Positions 53,605 to 64,000 of a stretch of 64,000 bases of DNA are shown here, piece by piece. The stretch's first letter is position 1. Every line of letters begins with the position of its first letter. Where the stretch lies: positions 31,806,001 to 31,870,000 of the forward strand of contig OX597822.1 in assembly GCA_951406725.2 (NCBI GenBank). The letters are read 5' to 3'. The stretch is from Octopus vulgaris. Its lineage: Eukaryota. Under the pieces are notes generated by a model. The model worked only from the letters and a program-made list of their open reading frames with translations, had not been told where the DNA came from and did no database searches. Position numbers and translations under genes: made by a program.

Positions 53605-53644
<40 letters not shown>

Positions 53645-55139
53645 AAATTAGTATAGACAGCTGTGTGCTTTGTATTACCAAAAAGGAAAACTATAATAAT
53701 CGCTAAATATGATTAGGGTGTTTGAACACCTACATTGCTAGAAATAAGAGCAGCCTCTCCTTACATACATACGGAGAAGTTACATTTGTATCCCTTCTGC
53801 TTGAGAAGCGCTGTTGGCTGGTTTACATTTCCGTAACATAGCAGTTCAGCAAAGACAAATGACAGAATTGTTGCCAGACTTCCAAAACAAATTAAAGCTT
53901 AGAGCGAATTTGTTCGACTAAACTTATGAAGGCGGTGCCCCAGCGTGGTCGAAATCGAATGACTGAAACAAGTAGGAGAATAATTGACCAAAAAAATTAA
54001 TACGATGATGTCGTGGAAACGTCGACTATTATTTATTAATGACGAGAAACAAACACTGTAGGATTAAATGTCTTGTATAAAACTAGATTAGATAAATTAT
54101 AAGGACAACGACAACGCCAGAGCGTAACAAAAAGTATGTGACATCGCGTGTATGGGGTGGGAGCTGTGGTAGAAGAAGAGGATGTCACATATACTTATTG
54201 GAATTGGTTGAGTGCTTCATAAGACAAATAAATTGTAAGTTAAGCCGTTTGACATCGACCAGTCAAATGATCGGGTAAATAGATTGTGTTATTGCAAAAG
54301 AAAGGCATAAATAAATATATAATGTAAAAGAAAAAAAGAAGGAAGAGAGTGGGTAGGAAATTCTGAAAGAGAATGAGAGTGAGAGTGTGTGTGAGAGAGA
54401 GAGAGAGACAGAGACAGGATGGATCAATAGAGGCTATTGATTTGCTACTCAATGCTCCCATTATGTGTAATAATAAATGATCAGATAATATTTTGGTGAA
54501 AAATAAAATATGCATACGCGGCTGGTATGATACAGATTTGACAGCGAAACTCAAAACAGATATTAATGTTATTGCTTCCCATAATCTCCACCGAATTTAC
54601 CACTCTAATTGTATTCAATTACACGGTATTCATTCATGACCACAGTCTCATTCCTTGTAATTCGTTCCGTTTCATTCGCATCTATTTCGTTTCATTCCAT
54701 TTCGTTTTCCACTTTGAACACGGAATAGCAGCAATTATGCTCTCTTGGATCTCAGTCAGTCTTTATAACTTCTTTTCATCTAAAGAGATTAACTTAACGC
54801 CATTCTAGGTCTGATGATTTTAGTCTTTACTTAGAAACAAATAATTCGTAACTTTGACATCAGAAATCTAAAATAATATATAACAAAAGTATTATATTAA
54901 AATGTGAAATTAACCTGTAAGTGTTATCAAGCTGTACTGCTTTAACAAAGATTAGAACTGAAGAATCTAATAATCAAGTATGGGTACCCCTTAACAGCAA
55001 GCATTTTGCGTGTTATTCTGAGAGCATTACCTGAAATATAATCAAGGGAAATTGAGCTGTACGTTTAACAATGTGTAGGATGAAGGACATTGATCAGGCA
55101 TGGGCAAGACATTTCTGTGATACCTGATCCCTAGTGATG

Positions 55140-55285
55140 TTTTTTTCTTTTTTCTTTCTTTTTTTACGATCCCTTTTGATCGAAAACCTAACCGCCCCCT
55201 TTTCTTCTCACCAAAAAGAATAGCTCTACTTTGTAATTTGGCCCCTCTGGGTTCAGCCCTGTGTGGCTAATAAAGAAACATATCT
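55140..55285 (+). mobile_element. Second 3'-end fragment of the Tx1-like LINE
   Basis: TTTTACGATCCC..GATCGAAAACCTA..AGCTCTAC..CAGCCCTGTGTGGCTAATAAAGAAAC matches the reverse complement of 31247-31400. Confidence 0.78.
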
Positions 55286-56141
55286 GCTGAAATACCACTA
55301 AGCTGTTAGCACTTCGGTTTTACGTTTCAAATTTTCTTTTCAATTTACTTTCATTTCACTTCAATAGTAAGGAAAACCAGTGGTTTTCAACCATTTTTCT
55401 GCCTCTAAGTCTCTTTCATTCTTATTTTACTCTACTAGACGCTCATAGACATCTGATGTTTAAAAAGATCTTGTATTTTTACAATTAAATATTATTAGGA
55501 ATTATGTAAGAAAGTTGTTAAAATATTTTGTATTTTGTTTATTGCGCATAAACTTTAACAACAAAATCCCATCGCAAGTTATCCTTAAATGGACTCCCGA
55601 GGGTGTTCTTTATAATCAATATAATGGATCCTTGATAAATGGACGCCCGAGCAGCATATGGACCCCAGTTGAGAACCACTGCCCTAAAATAACACTTGAG
55701 CTAGATTTATTTATTTTATAGTTTGTTAAATATTACCGAGGTTGAATAATAAAGTTTCAAATGTCGACAAAGTCGAGTTATCTGGAAATGAAAATTAATA
55801 CATGGAAACAATTTCAAAATGAAATGAACTCACCAGACATTACAAAGCAATTTAATATAAATGATATACCTACTAAAGTAATTAAAAGAAATGACTAGAA
55901 AAGAAAAACAGAACCAGTATAATTGCCACAGCTTGTCAATGACTGTAACATACATAGTAAGATTATTAAAACAAAGAGATAAACTCTTATTCTAGAGAGA
56001 AGATTAAAGACAGTGGAGAGCAAGCTGATTCTTCGAAGTCATTGTAAAGATTTATACGTAGAATTAATGTTTCAGTTTAATGTTAAATTGTTTTTATAGA
56101 TTAAAAGCAAAAATAAACCAATAAACATTAATATATATATA

Positions 56142-56373
56142 TATTTCTTTACTACCCACAGGGGGCTAAACATAGAGGGGACAAGCAAAGACAGACAAAG
56201 GGATTAAGTCGATTACATCGACTCCAGTGCGAAACTGGTACTTTATTTATCGATGCCCGAAAGGATGAAAGGCAAAGTCGACCTCGGCGGAATTTGAACT
56301 CAGAACGTAGCGGCAGACGAAATACTGCGAAGCATTTCGCCCGGCGTGCTAACGATTCTGCCAGCTCGCCGCC
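56142..56373 (-). mobile_element. SINE family A with TSD
   Basis: Near-consensus; AAACATTAATATA on both flanks. Confidence 0.92.
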
Positions 56374-56819
56374 TTTAACAAACATTAATATACATACACA
56401 CAAGCATACATACGCAAACCAGGCACACACACACACATATACACGCGTGCGCACACAATCAGTAATTTAACTTAATCCCTGTTTCAATGAAGAATTGCAA
56501 AAATATATCTTTGTGTCCATCACTATTAATAAAACGGAACCTTGACCTTTTTGGGGGCGGTGGGGCCCTAAAAGAAGACAGCAAGAGAGAAAGTTACCCT
56601 TAAAATAAAGAGCTGTCCGAATTACTAGCTAAACGAGTTGAATTCATTAAATGCGTCCCGTAGGGCTGATGTTATGCATTGTTTTATATTGTTGAAGGTC
56701 AAAGCAGAACATTGGAGGTGATCAATGTGACAGATATCAAAGATTTTATTTGAGAATCCTATTTGTTTTCAAATACGACGCTTGTTAAATACCTGTCAAC
56801 TGGGTTTTACACGATTCCG

Positions 56820-56883
<64 letters not shown>

Positions 56884-57031
56884 GTGTATATGTGTATATA
56901 TACGCTTTGCTTTATATTTTGAGTTCTGTTTCTCATGTTTGTAAAACCCGCCATATATGTAACATAGTACACATATATATTTATATATATACACACATAC
57001 ATATGCATTATATATATATATATATATATAT

Positions 57032-57106
<75 letters not shown>

Positions 57107-57929
57107 TTCATTTATAAATATATATATATAACAAATCTCAATCAATAGGTGTGCTACAGCAAAATATATTTTCTTTCGCCTGAAAAATTCGTTAAACACG
57201 CACACTCTCATATGCATACTTACATACATCTATACATCTATGTGTGTGCGTGTGTGTGTGCATGTGTGTGTATATAGTTCATTTTCCCAATATATCTGTT
57301 TTTCCATGTTTGCTGAAATACTTATGTATGTGCGATCCAGTAGTTGCGTGTGTGTATTTGAATGTACGTACGTATGCATGTATGTATATATGTATGTACG
57401 AAATGAATGCATGTATGTATGTGTAACTGAATTGTTGTGTAACTCACAGCCATATCGAAAGTTCATATCATTATTTGCTAAAATTTTCATTGCGTTAAAG
57501 CAAAGTGATGTATAGCCTCCAACACTGGTTATTTGAGTCAGTCCATTTCAACTTCTTGCTACTAATGGTAATGTGTCGACCTGATGTGTCTAGTCGATAT
57601 TTCGATTGAAACAAAAGAAGACCTTGAAGAGAACACAAAAAACATTAAAAAGAAAAAAAAACAAGAATAAAATAAAATAGCATTAATGTTTTCACAGAAT
57701 GTTTATAATATATGCTATAGCAATGAAATATCTTAGCAGACTTGTTGATCGACTTGTGTTTGAAAGAAGTTGAGAGACTGACAAGCTTGACACATATGCA
57801 TATCATTGACTTTAGTAGAGACAAAACAGCATTTTATTAATGACACTTCAACCGTAACATACACCAACCTCTTGATTTTGATTGGCTTTTGCTGCTGCTG
57901 TTGCTGCTGCTATTGCTGCTGCTTTGTTT

Positions 57930-58110
57930 GTTGAGCGAAGCGGTCTTCTTCCCAGAGCTCACAAGATCGCGCCTCAGGAGAAGTCCGAAACGTGGTCCTT
58001 AGCTATTCGTAAGACCCGCAGAAGAGAAAGCAGGTCGACCCCCGACACCGAGAGCATCGACGGATGGATGAATGCGCATCCAGGCTCAGCGGTTGCGTAG
58101 GAAGTCAGAG
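57930..58110. mobile_element. Unclassified GC-rich insert between (GCT)n/(GTT)n tracts
   Basis: Compositional contrast and triplet-repeat flanks; probable retroelement fragment, family not recognised. Confidence 0.35.
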
Positions 58111-58429
58111 ACTGCTGCTGCTGTTGTTGTTGTTGATGTTCTTCTTCGACTTCAGTCTCTATGGTTGACTTGCTATTACGGTTGTTTTTTGTTGTTATTG
58201 TTATGTCTGTTGTTTAGAAAACTACTGGTCCGTCCATTAGGCCGGGAATTAACTTTCCTTGCGTTTAACGAGCTGAGAATATAAAGGAGTACACGGCTTA
58301 CTCTTCTACGCTCAACAGGATGCCAGACCACCGCAGCGGTAACCTTCTATTTTCAGCTATCATTGATGCTCATTTTCAGCTGAGTGGAGTGAAAGAACGT
58401 GAAATGAAGTGACTCACCCATAGATACAC

Positions 58430-58721
58430 TACAAAGAGGAAGAATATTTCTTCCTAAGAGAAACATGAGAGATATGAAGTGCAAGTGTGATTTAAAGGGC
58501 TGGACCTTAAGGAAGCCATCATCCTTAAGGGGATCAGTTCCTAGAACCCATAAGGAAGGCCGAAGGGAGCATGCCCTAAAATCAATGGGAAACGGGGTAT
58601 TGAGTGAGAGCTGAAAATGCAGGGATCAAGAAGCAGAAGATACTACCCATAGTTGAGAGCAGCGGAGGAAAATCGTCGAGGGCCTATACTGCATAGAGAG
58701 AGAAGAGTTTAAGGAGTAAGT
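58430..58721 (+). mobile_element. Decayed RTE LINE 3' end inside a SINE C remnant
   Basis: GWTLRKP..GRPKG..RKIVEGLYCI; SINE C pieces at 58300-58425 and 58722-58815. Confidence 0.6.
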
Positions 58722-59469
58722 ACTCATAAACACAACAAGCACTCCGTTCAAGAATCAAACCTACGACTTAACGGTTTTGAGCCCTACACACAAACCATTC
58801 CACCACACGTCCGCACTGTTGTATAAACCCAAATCAAATCTGATACAGTGGAAGTTAAGTCCAACGTAATCCGTTTGTAATCATCCTTTGCAAGTCAAAC
58901 CCGGGAAGACACAGCATTGTAACAAGGGTTCTCAGTACTTCGAAGTTAAGATACTTTTGATGATCCCACTTTGATTAACAGGTATGATAAGCTACAGAAT
59001 AATTTCACCTGTTTTTGACCCCACTCTTGCTACTTTTCTGCAGTAGTCGGTAACCTTAACCCTAACCCGGCAAATGGATTATGATCATAATGGAAGCCTT
59101 TAGCTTTTTTCACATATTCTGTCATTCTGTTTCTATCTGAGAATTAGTATTAGGTTAAATGACCAAGTAACCGAAGCCGACACGTCAGATTTGGCACCAC
59201 TGGTGTCACCACCACTGCCGTCACCACAAACGAATGAAAACGAGAATATGGAATGTGTTACAGCTGAAGTGTCATCAGGAATTATTGTTTTGTCTCTAAA
59301 AAAGTCAATCATATGCGTTAGTCTTAGACGTGCTTCTCGAATTGTTTCAAAAGACTAGTGGCTTACTAAGTTGGCCACTGATGCGTTAATAACCGGTGGA
59401 GGTTATTAAGACTACGATACTTCTATTTAAGACTGTAGGGTGTGATGATGACGAAAAAGAAGAACTACT

Positions 59470-59503
<34 letters not shown>

Positions 59504-59697
59504 GGATCCACTGAAGTACTTCACTTGTTCTTTATCTAATCGGTCCCAGATGGCTGAAATGTAGAGTCGATCGTAGAGAACCGGAACAAATGTTGCAAAA
59601 TATAAAATATCGGCTTGCTGTGAAGAAGAGAAAATGTCTTAGCTTTCAGACGTAAAATTTCAGGGAGCCAAGGAGGAAAACCAGAGAAGAACAGAGC

Positions 59698-59873
59698 GAT
59701 ACATACATACATACATACATACATACATACATACATACATACATGCATGCATGCATGCATACATACATACATACATACATACATACATACATACATACAT
59801 ACATACATACATACATACATACATGCATGCATACATACATACATACATACATTCATACATACATACACATGTG

Positions 59874-59937
<64 letters not shown>
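59698..59937. repeat. (CATA)n/(CATG)n/(TA)n compound microsatellite
   Basis: Directly visible. Confidence 0.97.
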
Positions 59938-59938
<1 letters not shown>

Positions 59939-59964
59939 CAAGGCAGAGAGAGTGTGAGAGAGAG

Positions 59965-60100
59965 AGAGACTTAGCCAAGTAGTTCGGTTGTCGCACTCAT
60001 GATCTAGGGAAGGTGGGTTCTATTCGCAGACCAAGCAAAGGGTTTTGATTTTGAGCAAAATATTTCATTTCACATTGCTCCACTCCACTCAGCAGTAAAT
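59965..60100 (+). mobile_element. SINE family C, degenerate
   Basis: TTTTGAGCAAAATATTTCATTTCACATTGCTCCACTCCACTCAGC. Confidence 0.6.
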
Positions 60101-60179
60101 GGTTAACACTGCAACGGAAGTGCATTGTAACCAGCAATGTATAACAACATCTGATAGTCTGGTTGATCACATAACCATC

Positions 60180-60263
<84 letters not shown>

Positions 60264-60658
60264 CTTATTGGTGGCGGTAAAACTCGAAGCGAATAAAGCT
60301 AAAGACAATTGAGCGTAAATATCGCATTAAAACAGCCTTTGGATAGAAAAAGATGATTGCTACCCGTGAGATCTGAACAAACATCTTTTGTAAGCTTTAG
60401 CCTAACTGTGTGTGTGTATGTACGCGTGTTCTGTTGGTCTGGTGGCACAGAATACTAAGACTGAATACGAAGGAGAGAATAAGAACAAAATGAAAGATCA
60501 GTGAGAAATAGAAATCATAAAGTGGTACATGTCAAAGGACATAAGTCTTATTCATGGATCAAAAACAAGAAAAGGAATACAAGCAGTAAAAAACCTAGAA
60601 ATTAGAAAAAAAAACGTCAAGGAATGTTGGCGGGAACGATTGTGTGACGATTAAATTA

Positions 60659-60887
60659 GGGCGGTGAGCTGGCAGAATCGTTAGCACGCCAGGCGAAATG
60701 CATAATGGTATTTCGTCTCTCGCAACCTTCTGAGTTCAAATTCCGCCGAGGTCGACTTTGCCTTTCATTCTTTCGGCGTCGATTAAATAAGCACCAGTTA
60801 CGCACTGGGGTTGATGCTATCAACTTAATCCCTTTGTCTGTCCTTATTTGTCCCCTCTATGTTTATCCCCTTCTGGGCAATAAAAAA
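60659..60887 (+). mobile_element. SINE family A
   Basis: Head, core and tail GGGCAATAAA. Confidence 0.88.
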
Positions 60888-62803
60888 AGATTATCAAAAA
60901 GAATGCTTGCACATTTGAAAAAGATAGGTAAGAGATTCAAAAGCGCTGGGGGTGGGATTCGATGGGGACTTGAGTTAGAAGTAGTGAGGAAGAAAGATAT
61001 ATAATAAGGGCTAACAAACTTCAAACATGTTAAAAAAAGGAAAGACCAGCTTGGAGAATATGAGACGTTCATTAATACTTTCGTGCTAGGATGTTGCTAG
61101 ATTGAACATGGGTAATTCATATGCTATTTAGAGCGTTAAAATTAAATACGACACAAAAATTCAATGAAAAACAGCGTACATGCTTTCATCTTATTCTGAC
61201 ATTGTCATCGAAGGATCCTCTCTCTTATTTTCCATTGTTAAAAGCAGTATTTAAACGTTTTATAATTTAAAATTTAAAAGCCAAACAAGCGTATCAAAGA
61301 CGCGAGTCATGCGTATTAACATTTATGCATATAAAATGCAGGTGTATTTACGTGTGAGTGAACAATAAATATTTGTTTGTTTGTTGGGTAATAGGCCATG
61401 ATTTCATGAATGAAGAAATAAAATGTTGTGATCATCATGCATTTCCCCGGGTGAAGGAGAGATGTAATTAATGTGAACTCAACTCAAACAAACTTACAAT
61501 GCTTAGAGTCAGTTGATCTTGACGAATGAACGATTTCATTCTACTTACTCGACGGCTGTCGCCACTGTAGCCAGAACAATGAGACAGCCCTCAAAGTGAA
61601 ATGAATAAATTCGTCTGTTTACTTATCTAATCAGTTGTTTCACTAATATCACATTTAGCAAATGACCACTATGTACTATGCTGATAAACTGACTTCGACA
61701 GATTTATACAAAGTTACTTGGCTGTCAGATTATAAGAAGAAAAAAATCAATGCTTGTTATAGACCACTATAATGATAAAAATCAGAGTCATTCTTAAAGG
61801 GATCTTAATGTAAACAACTGCCATGGAGTTTCTTTATCGGTCTATTATTATTTGCGTCTGAGCAAGTTTTCAAAATGGCTGACGGGCTATTCTTCTGCAT
61901 ATTTGTCTATTTGTATAATTGTATTTATTTTACAGACTGTATTTGCTTATCTAGTGGCTGGCTATAAAATATTCAAGTGGCTTCTGCTTTCGTTAGTTTG
62001 TCTGCAAGGCACATATACAAAAGGCATGTTATATTATTAGTATGATTTGACACGATCAAAGCAGGTAAAGATAATGCGCTCGTGGAGCAGGGTCATGTGA
62101 TGGCATTCTGCTGCAAGCATTCTCTTCTGTGTATTTGTACAAGATCTTAACTCGTGTGTGTGTGTGTGTGTTTGTGTGTTTGTGCGTGTATGTATGTATG
62201 TATGTATGTATGTATGTATGTATGTATGTATGTATGTATGTATGTATGTATGTATGTATGTATGTATGCATGCATGCATGTATGTATAACCTACGGTTTA
62301 AGCTACACTCAGACACCATTGTTTGCATGATTTACAATTTCTATTTTGATTAGTTTAGCAATTAATTTTTTTTTAAATCAATAAATAGCATCGTTGAACA
62401 ATCTTTATAAACAAAACCTAAGGAGAATATTGCAAAAGCTAGATTAAGACATTCACTCTATACTTTTCCACGATAAGAAAAATTTCCAAGCAGGCTAGTT
62501 CTTCAGAAACTTTTAATAAAAATTTCAACAACTCTTGCACTCCAGGCAGGTCTGCATCACCAGAATACTTAAGAAGAATCTGTGACTATCCATCAGGCTA
62601 CTTCTTTAAAGAATGTCTAAAAACCACAGTAAAGAGAACCCAACTCCTGACACCCAACAGCATCTTGTTCGGCTGGCCTTGCTAATTTCCAGCAGAAGTT
62701 CTGCTGTCAGACATTATGCTCTACACCCAGTTCTGAAAGTAAACTTTCTTTGATGCCAATCGGTGTCTGACTTCGCTTAACTTGATTGTGATCATGGAAT
62801 ATA

Positions 62804-62911
62804 GTATGTCTTCCGTGTGCTAGCGTGTTGCTATTTAACACACTAGCAAACGGAAGACATACCTCTCAGATCCGCTATTGCTCCTCATCGAGACAATAAC
62901 GGATCTGAGAG
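62804..62911. other. Two abutting long hairpins
   Basis: 62804-62862: 24/26-bp stem, 7-nt loop; 62863-62911: 17/18-bp stem. Confidence 0.8.
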
Positions 62912-63647
62912 ATAGACTTCATCGATACGAAAGCCTACTGACTCAAGAACTCAGATATGATTATTGGGACTCTAATCTAGTATGGTTTTAATTGACGTTT
63001 CAGCGACTTGAATGTTTTCTTCGTTTTGTATTGCACAGTTATTAGGATAATAGATTTAACTTCACACTGGAACGGTATTACATTATCCAGAAAAATCTAG
63101 CATTTTCCTTGAAACAGAACACGAAATTAAGTGCATATCTTAAGAAGCTGTCCACTGTAAATTAAGTAGATCAGAATAACAATGAAAAACAAAATCCTAT
63201 TATCTAAATGACAGATACTAGAAAGGCAGAAAACTCTTGTCATATAAGAAACAAATGTTATTTACTTTACGAATGTGGAATCGGAAATTTGCAATAACAA
63301 ATCTCTTCGTTATTTACAATAGTAATTGAAAGTAATGGTAAATATATAAGAACGCACAGTTGTCTGAAACTTGGTTAAGTAATGAAAGGCCCTTGTATAT
63401 TATTATGCATCACAGCATCTCACAATGGTGCTAACTTTTGTGAGTAGCTTTCTCCAGTATCCTTTTTTTAAGTCTGTTCATGCCGTGTCAATATTCACTG
63501 CCCTTTCTTATGTTGAGATTATCAATAGCCAATAGACCCAAGAGCTTAAAATAGATAGAAGAGATACATGTTACTCGAAATTCCCATCATGCTTAATACT
63601 TAATGTTAATTGAGATATGCCTCTTCAAGAAAGCAGTATATAACTAT

Positions 63648-63875
63648 GGCGAGCTGGCAGAAACGTTAGCGCGCCGGGCGAAATGCTTAGCGGTATTTCG
63701 TCTGCCGTTACGTTCTGAGTTCAAATTCCGCCGAGGTCGACTTTGCCTTTCATCCTTTCGGGGTCGATAAATAAAGTACCAGTGTCGCACTGGGGTCGAT
63801 GTAATCGACTTAATCCCTTTGTCTGTCCCTGTTTGTCCCCTCTGTGTTTAGCCCCTTGTGGGCAGTAAAGAAATA
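63648..63875 (+). mobile_element. SINE family A with TSD
   Basis: Near-consensus; TATATAACTAT / TATAAAACTAT flanks. Confidence 0.92.
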
Positions 63876-64000
63876 TAAAACTATTTACTTTGCAAGATTA
63901 GGCCTACAGAGCTTGTTTTCCTCTCTTCGGTAATTTTGTTTTATAAGTACAAATCTTACAGCTAGATTTGTACTTGAAACTTCATAGAATCTTTTTTAGC

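Noticed and set aside
14971-61004. Recurring ORFs with KDERQSRPRRNLNSER / FKFRRGRLCLSSFRGR peptides
   Set aside because: Translations of SINE A, not genes
753-62353. Numerous YI/CV/HT/YLSI/MYVC-rich ORFs
   Set aside because: Products of di- and tetranucleotide repeats that lack stop codons
62752-62800. Faint similarity to reverse-complement 5S rRNA
   Set aside because: Only a short GCTTAACTT..GTGATC match; insufficient

Overview
AT-rich, microsatellite-dense eukaryotic DNA with no convincing protein-coding host gene. Nearly all listed ORFs are translations of (TA)n, (CA)n, (GATA)n, (CATA)n or (CTA)n tracts. From recognition of its dominant repeats (not a database search) it looks like octopus/coleoid cephalopod intronic or intergenic sequence. 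It contains >25 copies or fragments of one SINE family (called A here) and several other tRNA-derived SINEs (B, C, D). It also has RTE and L1/Tx1 LINE 3' fragments, a deleted Chapaev3 transposon, a decayed FLYWCH-MULE transposon, Harbinger-like and mariner MITEs, and Helitron/Helentron non-autonomous elements. The main hidden signal is at least eight minimal type I hammerhead-ribozyme (HHR) motifs from about six unrelated small elements, mostly lying in (TA)n tracts. They include a ~360-bp tandem plus inverted retrozyme/Penelope-like unit with a compensatory U3-A8 core and a TSD-flanked tRNA-headed SINE carrying an HHR. A family with a fixed CUGUAGA variant core is also present. In addition, one SINE-A 3' tail matches the 3' end of a (GATA)n-embedded Tx1-like LINE. 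Coordinates were read by eye and may be off by a few bases. Ribozyme activity and novelty are untested.
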